Positions 6,913-16,730 of a stretch of 64,000 nt of DNA are shown here, one piece after another (positions within the stretch are counted from its first letter, which is position 1; the number at the start of each line of letters is the position of its first letter). Made by a program: the position numbers and the translations under genes. Under the pieces are notes generated by a model. The model was not told the origin of the DNA and did not search any database. It saw only the letters and a list, made by a program, of their open reading frames with translations. The stretch lies in the IMG/VR virus record IMGVR_UViG_3300009104_001210, positions 62,001-126,000 of that record. The stretch is one strand, 5' to 3'.

Positions 6913-8565
6913 ATGAGTGAAAATATTGGCAATTTAAGTAAATTAATGGAGGGTTACAACCCTCAGCGCCAGTTGCTCGAGCAAACACGTAAATTGGTTA
7001 AGAAATGGGAGCCAACAGGCCTTTTAGAGGACTGTGGTGGTGAGATTAAAACTCACGGCATGGCTGTCTTACTTGAAAACCAAGCTCGTCAGATAATTGA
7101 CGAAGCAAGCCGTACAGGTACATCAGCGAATTCAGAAGAATGGAGTGGCGTAGCCCTTCCATTAGTTCGTAGAATCTTTGGTGAATTGGCAGCACAGGAA
7201 TTCGTTTCTGTTCAGCCTATGAACCTTCCTTCAGGACTGATCTTCTATCTTGATTACAAATACGGCTCTGCACAAACAGGTCATCACACAGCAAATGCTG
7301 ATGTATATGGTAATACATCTGCTTCTGGTGATGCTTCCGGCGGTCTTTATGGCGCTGGTAAGTTTGGATATTCTATAAATGATAGAGAAACAGGCGCACT
7401 AAGTATTCACGCATCTAATGTTGATGCTGATGAATATACTTCAGGTTCTGTTTCTTGGGCAGATGTAGATTTCGAACCCGACTTGTCTTCTTCTGTTTCC
7501 AGCGGAAACGGAGCAGACAATGGTTTGTGTAAAATTACTGTAGCTACAGCAGCTATGACGCGTCCTGATGCAGATGGTGTGAGAGCATTCTCAATATCAG
7601 GTTCTGGCTTTGATGAATTTTTCCCTGCGTATACCAGCATTAATGCTGCGGAAACGGAGATAACATTTATCGTCAGAAAAGATAAAGCAGGCACTACAGG
7701 TGATCTTAAAGTGAAATATCACAGAGCACCAACCGATATCACCAGAGGTGATTTCGAACAGACTGCAGCAGGATTTGACGCAAATCCTGAATCAGATATT
7801 GATATCCCAGAGATTGATATATCTTTGAAATCAATTCCAATCGTTGCGAAAACACGTAAATTGAAAGCCGTTTGGTCACCTGAGTTAGCTCAGGACTTAA
7901 ACGCTTATCATAGTGTTGACGCCGAAGCTGAATTGACAGCAATGTTAAGTGAATATATTTCGATGGAAATCGATCTAGAAATCCTTGATATGCTTATGGC
8001 TGGCGCATCTGCTAAGACAGAACGCTGGACAGCACGTGTTGGCTATGAATACGATTCTGCAACTTCATTGTTCGCAGAAGCATCAGGTGCCTCGAACGCT
8101 TACACTAAAGGTGAGTGGTTCCAGACATTAGGAAATAAGGTACAATCTGTATCTAACGCTATCCATCAGAAGACACTTCGTGGTGGAGCTAATTTCATGG
8201 TGGTATCACCTGAAACTTCAACAATCATAGAAAGTATCCCTGGCTATGCCTCTGATACTTCCGCTGATTCGTCTGAAAAATCGTACGCAATGGGTGTACA
8301 AAAAGTTGGCGCATTGAATAATCGCTTTACTGTCTATAAGAATCCGTATATGTTAGAAAATACGATCCTTATGGGTTTCAGAGGAAGTAACTTCCTTGAA
8401 ACAGGCGCAGTATATGCACCTTATGTACCGCTTATTATGACACCTCTAGTCTACGATCCTAAAAACTTTCAACCCCGCAAGGGCGTAATGACAAGGTATG
8501 CTAAGAAAATGGTAAGACCTGAATTTTACGGTAAAGTTGTCGTAGCAGACGTGAATTACGTATAA
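6913..8565 (+). CDS. gp23: Major capsid protein (T4 gp23-like)
   Basis: LPLVRRIF, VQPMNLPSGLIFYL, KTRKLKAVWSPELAQDLNAYH, YAPYVPL, PRKGVMTRYA motifs. Confidence 0.96.
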   Translation: MSENIGNLSKLMEGYNPQRQLLEQTRKLVKKWEPTGLLEDCGGEIKTHGMAVLLENQARQIIDEASRTGTSANSEEWSGVALPLVRRIFGELAAQEFVSVQPMNLPSGLIFYLDYKYGSAQTGHHTANADVYGNTSASGDASGGLYGAGKFGYSINDRETGALSIHASNVDADEYTSGSVSWADVDFEPDLSSSVSSGNGADNGLCKITVATAAMTRPDADGVRAFSISGSGFDEFFPAYTSINAAETEITFIVRKDKAGTTGDLKVKYHRAPTDITRGDFEQTAAGFDANPESDIDIPEIDISLKSIPIVAKTRKLKAVWSPELAQDLNAYHSVDAEAELTAMLSEYISMEIDLEILDMLMAGASAKTERWTARVGYEYDSATSLFAEASGASNAYTKGEWFQTLGNKVQSVSNAIHQKTLRGGANFMVVSPETSTIIESIPGYASDTSADSSEKSYAMGVQKVGALNNRFTVYKNPYMLENTILMGFRGSNFLETGAVYAPYVPLIMTPLVYDPKNFQPRKGVMTRYAKKMVRPEFYGKVVVADVNYV

Positions 8566-8612
8566 TCGTAGTTTAAGCAACATATTTAGGAATTTCGATT
8601 TCTAAATTACTT

Positions 8613-8643
8613 AAAAAAGGGAGACTTCGGTCTCCCTTTTTTT
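8613..8643 (+). terminator. Rho-independent terminator after the capsid gene
   Basis: A6-GGGAGAC-TTCG-GTCTCCC-T7: perfect 7-bp stem, UUCG loop, U-tract. Confidence 0.9.
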
Positions 8644-8709
8644 ATGCTTTCTTATTTTTATGATATTTATTTATAGATATATCTAATTCTTAATATTAAG
8701 GAGAATCAT

Positions 8710-9867
8710 ATGGCTCAACAGCCAATATGGCCAGGTAGTGGTTCAGCAGTAAGTGGAAATACACCATTTGGCTTTTACGACACAGATACTACATTTCAGT
8801 CAGAAGCACCGAAGTTTGCATCTTGGTGTGCTAAACGATTGGGTTATCCAATTATGTCAGTTGAGATGCAAGATTCACAGTTTTATGCTGTTTTAGAGGA
8901 ATCGGTTAGTGAATATTCAGCACAAGTTAATCAATTTAATATAAAAGATAATTTATTAGCTTTGCAAGGAGAATCTACTGCTTCTGATTATACACATAAA
9001 AATGTTGTACCAAATATGAGTAGAACAATAGAACTTTCTAACCAATATGGTACAGAAGCTGGTGTTGGTGGAGATGTACAATGGAAACGTGGACAAATTA
9101 CACTACAAAGTGGTTCACAAGTATATAATTTGAACTCTTTATTCTCAGAAGTGAGTGAAAGTAGCAAAGCAATAGAGGTTAAAAGAATATCCTATGAAGC
9201 AAGTCCTGCAATAGCGAGATATTTTGATCCATATGCAACTACGGGATATGGTTCTATGAATTTTATTAGTGATTTTGGTTTTGGTAATTACTCACCCGCA
9301 GTTTCGTTTACTTTAATGCCTATTAATGAAGATTTATTAAGATTACAGGCAATTGAATTGAATGATAAAATTAGAAAATCTGCTTATACTTTTGAGTTGA
9401 CAAATAACCAATTGAGAATATTTCCTATACCAACGGCTACAGGTCCTTTATTTTTTGATTATGTTGTAAAATCAGATAGAGATCCTTTACAAAGACCATT
9501 TGGTACAGCTAGCGGTTCAGGAGTAGTTGCTGATTATTCTAATATTTCATATGATAACATGAAATATAAATTTATTAATTCAGTTGGAAGACAATGGATT
9601 AGAAAATATGGATTAGCATTAGCCAAAGAATTGCTTGGTACAATTAGAGGTAAATATGGTCAAATTCCTATTCCTGGAGGAGAACAAACATTAGATGGTG
9701 AGACATTGAGACAAGAAGCACAAACTGATAAAGAGTACTTAGTTTCTCAGTTAAGAGAGATGTTAGAGTTAACAGGAAGAAAAGCACTAATGGAACAGGA
9801 AAGAGACGAATCTCAAGCACTACAGGAGAAATTACAGAAAATTCCTTATCCAATATACATAGGATAG
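8710..9867 (+). CDS. Neck / head-tail adaptor protein (gp13-like)
   Basis: RLGYPIMSVEM and ALAKELLGTIRGKYGQIPIPGGEQTLDG motifs; first gene after the capsid; SD AAGGAG. Confidence 0.7.
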   Translation: MAQQPIWPGSGSAVSGNTPFGFYDTDTTFQSEAPKFASWCAKRLGYPIMSVEMQDSQFYAVLEESVSEYSAQVNQFNIKDNLLALQGESTASDYTHKNVVPNMSRTIELSNQYGTEAGVGGDVQWKRGQITLQSGSQVYNLNSLFSEVSESSKAIEVKRISYEASPAIARYFDPYATTGYGSMNFISDFGFGNYSPAVSFTLMPINEDLLRLQAIELNDKIRKSAYTFELTNNQLRIFPIPTATGPLFFDYVVKSDRDPLQRPFGTASGSGVVADYSNISYDNMKYKFINSVGRQWIRKYGLALAKELLGTIRGKYGQIPIPGGEQTLDGETLRQEAQTDKEYLVSQLREMLELTGRKALMEQERDESQALQEKLQKIPYPIYIG

Positions 9868-9871
9868 TTAA

Positions 9872-10357
9872 ATGGCTACAAGATTTTTTTCACAAACAGA
9901 TACTAATTTTTTCGATAGAATTAATGATGAACTTATTGGTGATCTTACAAAAAATGTAGATGGTGTTGTCGCACAAAATGTTGTACTTTATCAAGTTGGA
10001 GTACAAGAAACAAAAACAAATATGTATGGTGAATCAGCAGCTGGAAAAGTGTATAAGCCAGGGGTAAAAGTTTCATGTTTAATAGATTCTGAAGATATGG
10101 ATTATAATACAGATGAATTTGGGCCAGATTTACGACAAAATACTGTTTTTCGTTTTCTTAGACAACATTTATTAGATGCAGATATAAGACCAGAACTTGG
10201 TGATGTTATGGATTGGAATTTAGGTCATTGGGAAATCAGTAACATAAATGAAAATCAGTTAGTTGGTGGAGATTACAATAAAAATTGGGCAGTAATATGC
10301 AACGCATTTTTAGTTCGAAGATCTAATTTACAAATAGAAAGAGTTAGGAGTATTTAG
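9872..10357 (+). CDS. Head closure / neck protein (gp14-like)
   Basis: Position after the gp13-like gene; TNMYGES and PELGDVMDW..WEISNI motifs. Confidence 0.6.
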   Translation: MATRFFSQTDTNFFDRINDELIGDLTKNVDGVVAQNVVLYQVGVQETKTNMYGESAAGKVYKPGVKVSCLIDSEDMDYNTDEFGPDLRQNTVFRFLRQHLLDADIRPELGDVMDWNLGHWEISNINENQLVGGDYNKNWAVICNAFLVRRSNLQIERVRSI

Positions 10358-11733
10358 TGGCTAGACTTAAACCATTACCAAGAAGTGAGAGATACATAAG
10401 ATTTGGTGGTGTTAAAAATAGAGGTACTGTAAAGAAAAGATCCGATGATAAAGTTCAAAATGTAGAAGTTGGATTGCTAGATGTTGATGCTTCTATTATG
10501 TATTACTTTAATGATGTAATAAAACCTACGGTGATGGAACAAGGAGAGGAAGTAAAAGTTCCTTTAATGTATGCTAATCCTGAAAGGTGGGCTTCAATTC
10601 GTAAAACTGGCTTTTTAAGAGATAAAAAAAGACAGTTAATAACACCTCTTATAGTTTTTCGTAGAATTTCAATGTCTAAGGATCCTGAATTAGCAGTTGA
10701 TAAACTTGATGCAAATGATCCAACGTTATTTTATACTTTTGAAAAGAAATATAGTCAACAAAATAGATATAATAGATTTTCAAAAGATCAAGGATTGTTA
10801 CCACAAAGAGAGTTATATAATGTAGCTATGCCTGATTATGTTACACTTAGTTATGAATGTATGATATGGACAGCATATATTGAACAAATGAATAAAATTA
10901 TTGAAAAGATAAATTGGTCTGATGGTTCATATTGGGGAGAGCCAGGAAAATTAAAATTTAAAGTTAATATAGAATCATTCGAAGATTCTACAGAGATGAG
11001 TGATAATGAAAGAATGATTAAAACTACATTTTCATTACAATTAAGAGGTTATTTAGTACCTGAAGCATTTAATAATGCAATAAATACTCAAAAATATATT
11101 ACACCTAAAAAAATTGATATAGTAGATGAAACTGATATGAGTATTTCGTCAATTTATAGTCCTGATACAAGAGCTCAAGTTGTAAAATATACTCAACAAG
11201 GTGGGACCAGCAAAAATAGTGGATTAGCAGGTGCAACAGATTTTATTAGAGGTAAAACATATACAGTAGGACAAGAAATACAAGATTTAGAATTTACAAA
11301 TATATATGGTGGTGAGACGATATATGTTATGAGAAATAGTGGTGCACCAACAAGTTCTTTGGATACAAAAGCAGTTATTAATATGGAATATGGTGATTTA
11401 TTTTATCATCAAAAATCAATTAACATTTCAGGATCACAATCTTCATCTTTACATGGTACAACACAATTATATGATTTACAACTTGGTACATTTTCAGCGA
11501 GTTATCATGTAATGACAGGAAGTTTACAAGTAGTAGCTAATGGTATAAATTTAGTATCTAATGACAACCAAGTTAGTAGTGCAGATCCAGCAGATTTTTA
11601 TTTAACAGGTTCTGCTACATATTCTAATACACATTTGGCAGTAAAAGCAAATACTTCTAATTTGAGTCCTGGATTTAATTTAAGAACAAATGATAATTTA
11701 AATATAAATTATCAAAAAACATTGAGACCATAA
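10357..11733 (+). CDS. Tail terminator / sheath stabiliser (gp15-like) with C-terminal extension
   Basis: KVPLMYANPERW, PDYVTLSYECMIWT..EQMNKIIE and TFSLQLRGYL motifs; synteny. Confidence 0.6.
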   Translation: MARLKPLPRSERYIRFGGVKNRGTVKKRSDDKVQNVEVGLLDVDASIMYYFNDVIKPTVMEQGEEVKVPLMYANPERWASIRKTGFLRDKKRQLITPLIVFRRISMSKDPELAVDKLDANDPTLFYTFEKKYSQQNRYNRFSKDQGLLPQRELYNVAMPDYVTLSYECMIWTAYIEQMNKIIEKINWSDGSYWGEPGKLKFKVNIESFEDSTEMSDNERMIKTTFSLQLRGYLVPEAFNNAINTQKYITPKKIDIVDETDMSISSIYSPDTRAQVVKYTQQGGTSKNSGLAGATDFIRGKTYTVGQEIQDLEFTNIYGGETIYVMRNSGAPTSSLDTKAVINMEYGDLFYHQKSINISGSQSSSLHGTTQLYDLQLGTFSASYHVMTGSLQVVANGINLVSNDNQVSSADPADFYLTGSATYSNTHLAVKANTSNLSPGFNLRTNDNLNINYQKTLRP

Positions 11734-12230
11734 TGAGAGAATTTTTACAAGGATATAAAGGATCAACAAGAAATTTTATGGCTCCTGTTAGTGAGTCAAA
11801 ATTTAATGCTGATGTTATGGCATTTAAAGATTCTAATGGGAAAAGAGTTCCTTATGATATGTCAAATAGATTAGGTTATGCTACAAAGAATGTAGATGTT
11901 ATTGCTTACGGTGATGGTAATATTAGGTATTATAAAAAACACAAAAATTATAAATTAAGTGATTTTTCAGAAGAATCTACATATTATCAATTAGATTTAG
12001 GGTTAGCTGCTTCTGATAAGGTAGGTACAATTAACTTGAGTGTAAATAGTATACAACAAACACCAAGTCCTAAAGGTAATACTTCTACTTTTGAAGCAGA
12101 CTTTTACTTAGTTGATAATTATAGACAAGTTAGATTATTTAAAAGATACGGACAAAATAGTAAACCTTTTGGGGTAGATTTAAATAGTAGTGATGATATT
12201 GAAATACAATATCAGTTAGGAAGAACATAA
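11733..12230 (+). CDS. Hypothetical virion protein
   Basis: 165 aa; translationally coupled within the tail module. Confidence 0.55.
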   Translation: MREFLQGYKGSTRNFMAPVSESKFNADVMAFKDSNGKRVPYDMSNRLGYATKNVDVIAYGDGNIRYYKKHKNYKLSDFSEESTYYQLDLGLAASDKVGTINLSVNSIQQTPSPKGNTSTFEADFYLVDNYRQVRLFKRYGQNSKPFGVDLNSSDDIEIQYQLGRT

Positions 12231-13219
12231 TGGCATATATTGATTTAGAACGACAATCACAACCAGAACAAAGACCAAATGAAATAATTGTAAGTACTGC
12301 AGCTACTGCTTCTAGTGGTTTATATGAATGGGAACAAAAAGCTTTAATACCTGAAAATATTGCTACAGGTTCATTAGATTTAGGATCTTCAGGAAATATA
12401 GTTGCTAATGATGGTTATTTCTATAATAGTAACATATATCAAACAGGAAGTTTTGGATCTAAACTAATACTGTCAATGAATCCTGATGGATACATGACAG
12501 GTTCACTTAAAATATGGGGTGATTTGATTGTTGAAGGTAGTCAGAGTATTTCAAATACTGCTACATTGACAGTAGAAGACCCAATTATTGATTTAAATTT
12601 TACAGGTTCAACTGCTTTAGGTTCTCAAGATTCAGGAATAAGAGTTGGTAGAGTAGGTAGTACAAATGCACAATTAGTATTTGACCATAGTGAAACAAGA
12701 TGGGCTATAGATAATGCAGCTGGTAGTAATATCAATATAGTTGGTGAATCTACTACAGATACATTAACTAATAAAACAATTACAGGGTTAGCATCTTCTA
12801 CAATGGCAAGTAATGCTGATTTGACATTTAGTGGTGGTGGAGAAGTATTAGGATTACCGAGTACACCATCTGCGAATAACGCTGCAACATCTAAAACTTA
12901 TGTTGTTGATTTTACTTCCTATCTACGCAAACAATTTGTTAAAAAGGCTGTATCTTACTCAGGTTCTGCTACTTTCGGAGATTTCTCAGGATTTCAAACA
13001 GCGAGTTTTAACGCGGTAACAGCATCAGCACCTAGTGGATTTGTTGCAACTTCTGAAAATGATTTTATATTCTTTTTAAATGGACAATATATGGAACACG
13101 ACGCTTTGAAGGTAAAACAAAGTGGTAGTTTGTTTCAAGTTTTAGTAGATACTGATAGTATAGGTTATGTATTAGAGTCAAGTGATGAAATTTTATCGTG
13201 GGGGAAATTTGATGCCTAA
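12230..13219 (+). CDS. Tail fibre/baseplate-associated structural protein
   Basis: S/T/G-rich; contains the VEDPIIDLN...SGIRVGR...VFDHSETRW module also seen in the two large fibres. Confidence 0.55.
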   Translation: MAYIDLERQSQPEQRPNEIIVSTAATASSGLYEWEQKALIPENIATGSLDLGSSGNIVANDGYFYNSNIYQTGSFGSKLILSMNPDGYMTGSLKIWGDLIVEGSQSISNTATLTVEDPIIDLNFTGSTALGSQDSGIRVGRVGSTNAQLVFDHSETRWAIDNAAGSNINIVGESTTDTLTNKTITGLASSTMASNADLTFSGGGEVLGLPSTPSANNAATSKTYVVDFTSYLRKQFVKKAVSYSGSATFGDFSGFQTASFNAVTASAPSGFVATSENDFIFFLNGQYMEHDALKVKQSGSLFQVLVDTDSIGYVLESSDEILSWGKFDA

Positions 13220-13258
13220 CCACTTTTCTTTTACCATTCCTCGATATTTATAATAGAT

Positions 13259-13549
13259 ATGAGGAAACGATATTGGCCAAATAGAAAAAATAGAAGATGT
13301 CCCGATTGTAGTAGGATGATTACGTATACGAGAAAGGATGCTTTTGATAGGGCTGTAGGAAATAATTCTGTTTGTAAATCGTGCGCTCAGATGGATAGAA
13401 AACTTACAGTAGAGACTATTGAAAAAATGAAACAACCAAAAACCGTTCAACATAAAAAGAAAATTTCAAAATCAATTACATCTTGGTGGGAAGAAAGAAA
13501 ATATGAGGAACAACGGGAAACACTTAGAATGGTAGATTTAAATGGCTAG
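13259..13549 (+). CDS. Small Zn-ribbon / NUMOD3-like DNA-binding protein
   Basis: CPDC...CKSC pair followed by ETIEKMKQPKTVQHKKKISKS, resembling homing-endonuclease DNA-binding modules; no nuclease motif. Confidence 0.5.
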   Translation: MRKRYWPNRKNRRCPDCSRMITYTRKDAFDRAVGNNSVCKSCAQMDRKLTVETIEKMKQPKTVQHKKKISKSITSWWEERKYEEQRETLRMVDLNG

Positions 13550-15752
13550 AGTCAAACTAAAACAATTAGGTAGTGTCTTAACAGGCTCATTAAAGATTTC
13601 TGGCTCAGAACACATATCTGGTAGTATGAGGGTTAATGTACCACTTACAAGTTCTACTGCAATATACGCAACTAATGTTCAAGTTGGGTATCCAACTTCC
13701 AATAAATGGAAAGAAAATTTAGATGGTTCTTATTTTAATAGATTTAGTAACACAACCCATGTTTCAGAAGCATTAAGATTTGTAGCAGGAATTTTAAGTC
13801 ATTCTTTAGATGTTCGTGATGCTGAAGCTAATAGTAAAACTTATAATAGTATAGATACAAATGTAGCTAATTTAGGTAGTACTGATAGTATAAATGGTTA
13901 TCTACCACAAAATTTTGGTTCAATAAGTAATGCAACATTAGATTATTTGGCATTTAAAGATTGGGTATCCGAAGGTTCAACAATTTTTAGTGGAATAACA
14001 ACTTATTATCAAAATCCTACTACATATACTATAGATTTTGATTCAAATAGTGCTGGCTCATCAAATGTAAGTTCATCAGTTGATTCAGAGTTATTTGGTT
14101 TGGGTGAATTGACAAGTGGTGGTGCAACGGCTTTTAAAGTTAGAGTTGTAGCAACACAATCGTTTAGTGATACAGGAAGTGTTTCTGCACCAACAGCAGC
14201 ATCTAATACACACACTACACAATCATATTTAGATTATACATTAAGTTCATTTGGAACATCAAATGGAATAACATTAGCAAAAATTGAAACTTCACAACCA
14301 GCAGTTATACCTGCAGGATTTCAAGATGGTAAATTTGTAGATGTAGGTGGAACAGATATGACAGGTACATTAACAAGAAAATATCATGCAAGTAAAACAA
14401 GTATGACAAGTGTATCTTCAAGTGGTTATTATAGATTTCATGATTTAAAAGTTGGTATAGCAACAGGTTCACAATCAGATTATACTTTTAAGGGTGGAAC
14501 TACACAAAATCGTTTTTGGGCACCAACATCCACTATGGACACATCCATTGGAACTAATACATTAACAGATGTTGGTACAACACATAAAGCATTAACTGCA
14601 ACCTCAAGAAGTTTAAGTGGAGTACCTTATTTAATAGATGCTACATATGAGGTATCAACAAAAATTACAGGATTATTTAATCCAATGTATGCAGCAACAA
14701 CCACATTAGTAGATATGGCAGCAGGTTCAGTTGGAAGTGGTACTGCGGGTGGTAGTGTTACAATAAGTGGAGATACAGTTTCTACAAGTGGTGGAACTGT
14801 ACAAACAAGTGGTAAATTATTTCAAAGTGATGGAACTACTGCAGTAAATAGTGGTGTTCCAAGATATAATGATATAGCTATAATAACGGCTTCAGTTAGT
14901 TACGATAGTAGTAATTCTGATAGTATAGATCAAACAGGAGTTGCAGATACAACATTTACTGTAGCAACAAAGGCTAGAAATAGAAATAGTTCACAATCTA
15001 CATTAGATACCCAAACTATTTCATATCATACTGCGGGAACATTTGGTCAACCAGCTTCAAGTGGTAGTTTGGCAATATATGGTAGAGCACAAGGATATGA
15101 TGGTAATAGTTTAGCAGATACAACTGAAACATTTAGTGGTGAAGATTGGAGAATACAGATAGCAGATAATGTTCAAGCATTTAATGGAACTGCTTGGGTT
15201 ACAACATATAATGTTAGTAGACCATTTTTAGGGGATTATGATTTACAAGTTAAACCAGGATATTTGGTGGATCCAGGTGGAACATATAGATATTGGTATC
15301 CATCAGGTTATGGTAGTGGAACATATAAATTTTATATAAGAAGATTTCAAACAAGTGGAACAAAAACATCTATGACAGTTGATGTGGGTAAAACATTGGT
15401 TAATTGGAATTCAACTTCAAATGGAGTAGCAGTAGCTATATTATTTGAGAGTTCAGGAAATGGAAGTGGTAATAATAGTTCATTAAGTACGGCAAGAATT
15501 TATGATCCATCAGCACTTGTAAGTAATGTGATAGAAACAGATGTGGCAGCGGATAACTTTAAAAATCCATTTACAACGGCAATAGATTTGTATGGTAATA
15601 CAGGTGGTAGTTTAAGTAGTACAGAATATACAGTTCCAATGAGAAATGCTGATGGAATGTACTTAGATGCGAGTGATAACGAGTTCTATCTGATAGTTAG
15701 ATATAAGGGAGATCCTTCTCCTGTAACAAGTATAACAATTTCAAGTTCATAG
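13542..15752 (+). CDS. Large S/T/G-rich virion structural protein (fibre/baseplate)
   Basis: 736 aa; beta-rich composition; tail module. Confidence 0.6.
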   Translation: MARVKLKQLGSVLTGSLKISGSEHISGSMRVNVPLTSSTAIYATNVQVGYPTSNKWKENLDGSYFNRFSNTTHVSEALRFVAGILSHSLDVRDAEANSKTYNSIDTNVANLGSTDSINGYLPQNFGSISNATLDYLAFKDWVSEGSTIFSGITTYYQNPTTYTIDFDSNSAGSSNVSSSVDSELFGLGELTSGGATAFKVRVVATQSFSDTGSVSAPTAASNTHTTQSYLDYTLSSFGTSNGITLAKIETSQPAVIPAGFQDGKFVDVGGTDMTGTLTRKYHASKTSMTSVSSSGYYRFHDLKVGIATGSQSDYTFKGGTTQNRFWAPTSTMDTSIGTNTLTDVGTTHKALTATSRSLSGVPYLIDATYEVSTKITGLFNPMYAATTTLVDMAAGSVGSGTAGGSVTISGDTVSTSGGTVQTSGKLFQSDGTTAVNSGVPRYNDIAIITASVSYDSSNSDSIDQTGVADTTFTVATKARNRNSSQSTLDTQTISYHTAGTFGQPASSGSLAIYGRAQGYDGNSLADTTETFSGEDWRIQIADNVQAFNGTAWVTTYNVSRPFLGDYDLQVKPGYLVDPGGTYRYWYPSGYGSGTYKFYIRRFQTSGTKTSMTVDVGKTLVNWNSTSNGVAVAILFESSGNGSGNNSSLSTARIYDPSALVSNVIETDVAADNFKNPFTTAIDLYGNTGGSLSSTEYTVPMRNADGMYLDASDNEFYLIVRYKGDPSPVTSITISSS

Positions 15753-15761
15753 GAAGAGAAA

Positions 15762-16673
15762 ATGGGATTAATAGCAGAATTATCAAAGGCAATACGATTA
15801 CTTGGTGGTAGAAGATATACAAGTGGTGATTTAACTACAGGTCAAGAAGCGTTCACAAGTGTTTTAGATGTTAATGCTAGTGAAGTTTTTTCTCAACAAA
15901 ATTTAATACCAACCGCATCTTTACCTTTTAGTGGAAGTTCTCAAATTAATAGTACATATAGTACTAGTGGTTTTAGTATTATGAAATATTGGTACAGACA
16001 CCCACTTACAAAGTCAAATGTAGACAGAGATGTGTGGTTTTTTGTAAATCCATCAGGAAGTTCAGATGGTATAACACCACAGTTAATTAGCGCAAATCAA
16101 CAAACAAGTTTTATATCAAATAAGTATTCGGATGTAAGTTTGGCTAACGCCGTAGCAGAAGATGCTACACCAGGATATAATGTAGTAGTATATAAATCTA
16201 CTTCAGCAGATTCGAGTTCATTAGATAATGATGATAAAGTATCAGGAAATGATTATCAGTTTGATTATAAAACAGGAGTATTACAGTTTGATGCTAATAA
16301 ACCAGGAGCTACTCATAGGGTTTATATGACTGCATATCAATATGTAGGTAGAACTTTAGATACATCTCTTTCAACAATAAAAACTGATACACCATTTAGA
16401 CAGACAGGTTCATACTTTTCTACAGGAAGAGGAAGAGATTTAAGAGTAAGTGGTTCGGTGTTAATTTCAGGTTCATTAGAGGTAAGAGGACAAACTTTGA
16501 TGGATAGTTACGACGCATCAACAAAGACATTGATAATTAGTGGAGCTATGGATTTAGTTGATCAAAAAGTAGGTACTGCTGTTGCTAGTGCTTCATTAAC
16601 TTTAGAAAACTTAGGAACTATAGCAAATAAAAGTCAAGCAGGAGTATTGGATTTAGGAGACAATTTTAATTAA
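15762..16673 (+). CDS. Virion structural protein
   Basis: 303 aa; FDYKTGVLQF...VYMTAYQYVG motif; repeated SGS motifs. Confidence 0.55.
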   Translation: MGLIAELSKAIRLLGGRRYTSGDLTTGQEAFTSVLDVNASEVFSQQNLIPTASLPFSGSSQINSTYSTSGFSIMKYWYRHPLTKSNVDRDVWFFVNPSGSSDGITPQLISANQQTSFISNKYSDVSLANAVAEDATPGYNVVVYKSTSADSSSLDNDDKVSGNDYQFDYKTGVLQFDANKPGATHRVYMTAYQYVGRTLDTSLSTIKTDTPFRQTGSYFSTGRGRDLRVSGSVLISGSLEVRGQTLMDSYDASTKTLIISGAMDLVDQKVGTAVASASLTLENLGTIANKSQAGVLDLGDNFN

Positions 16674-16730
16674 AATTAGTAATTTATATATTTATAATAG
16701 AATAGAAGCATTACTATTTGGAGACAATTA

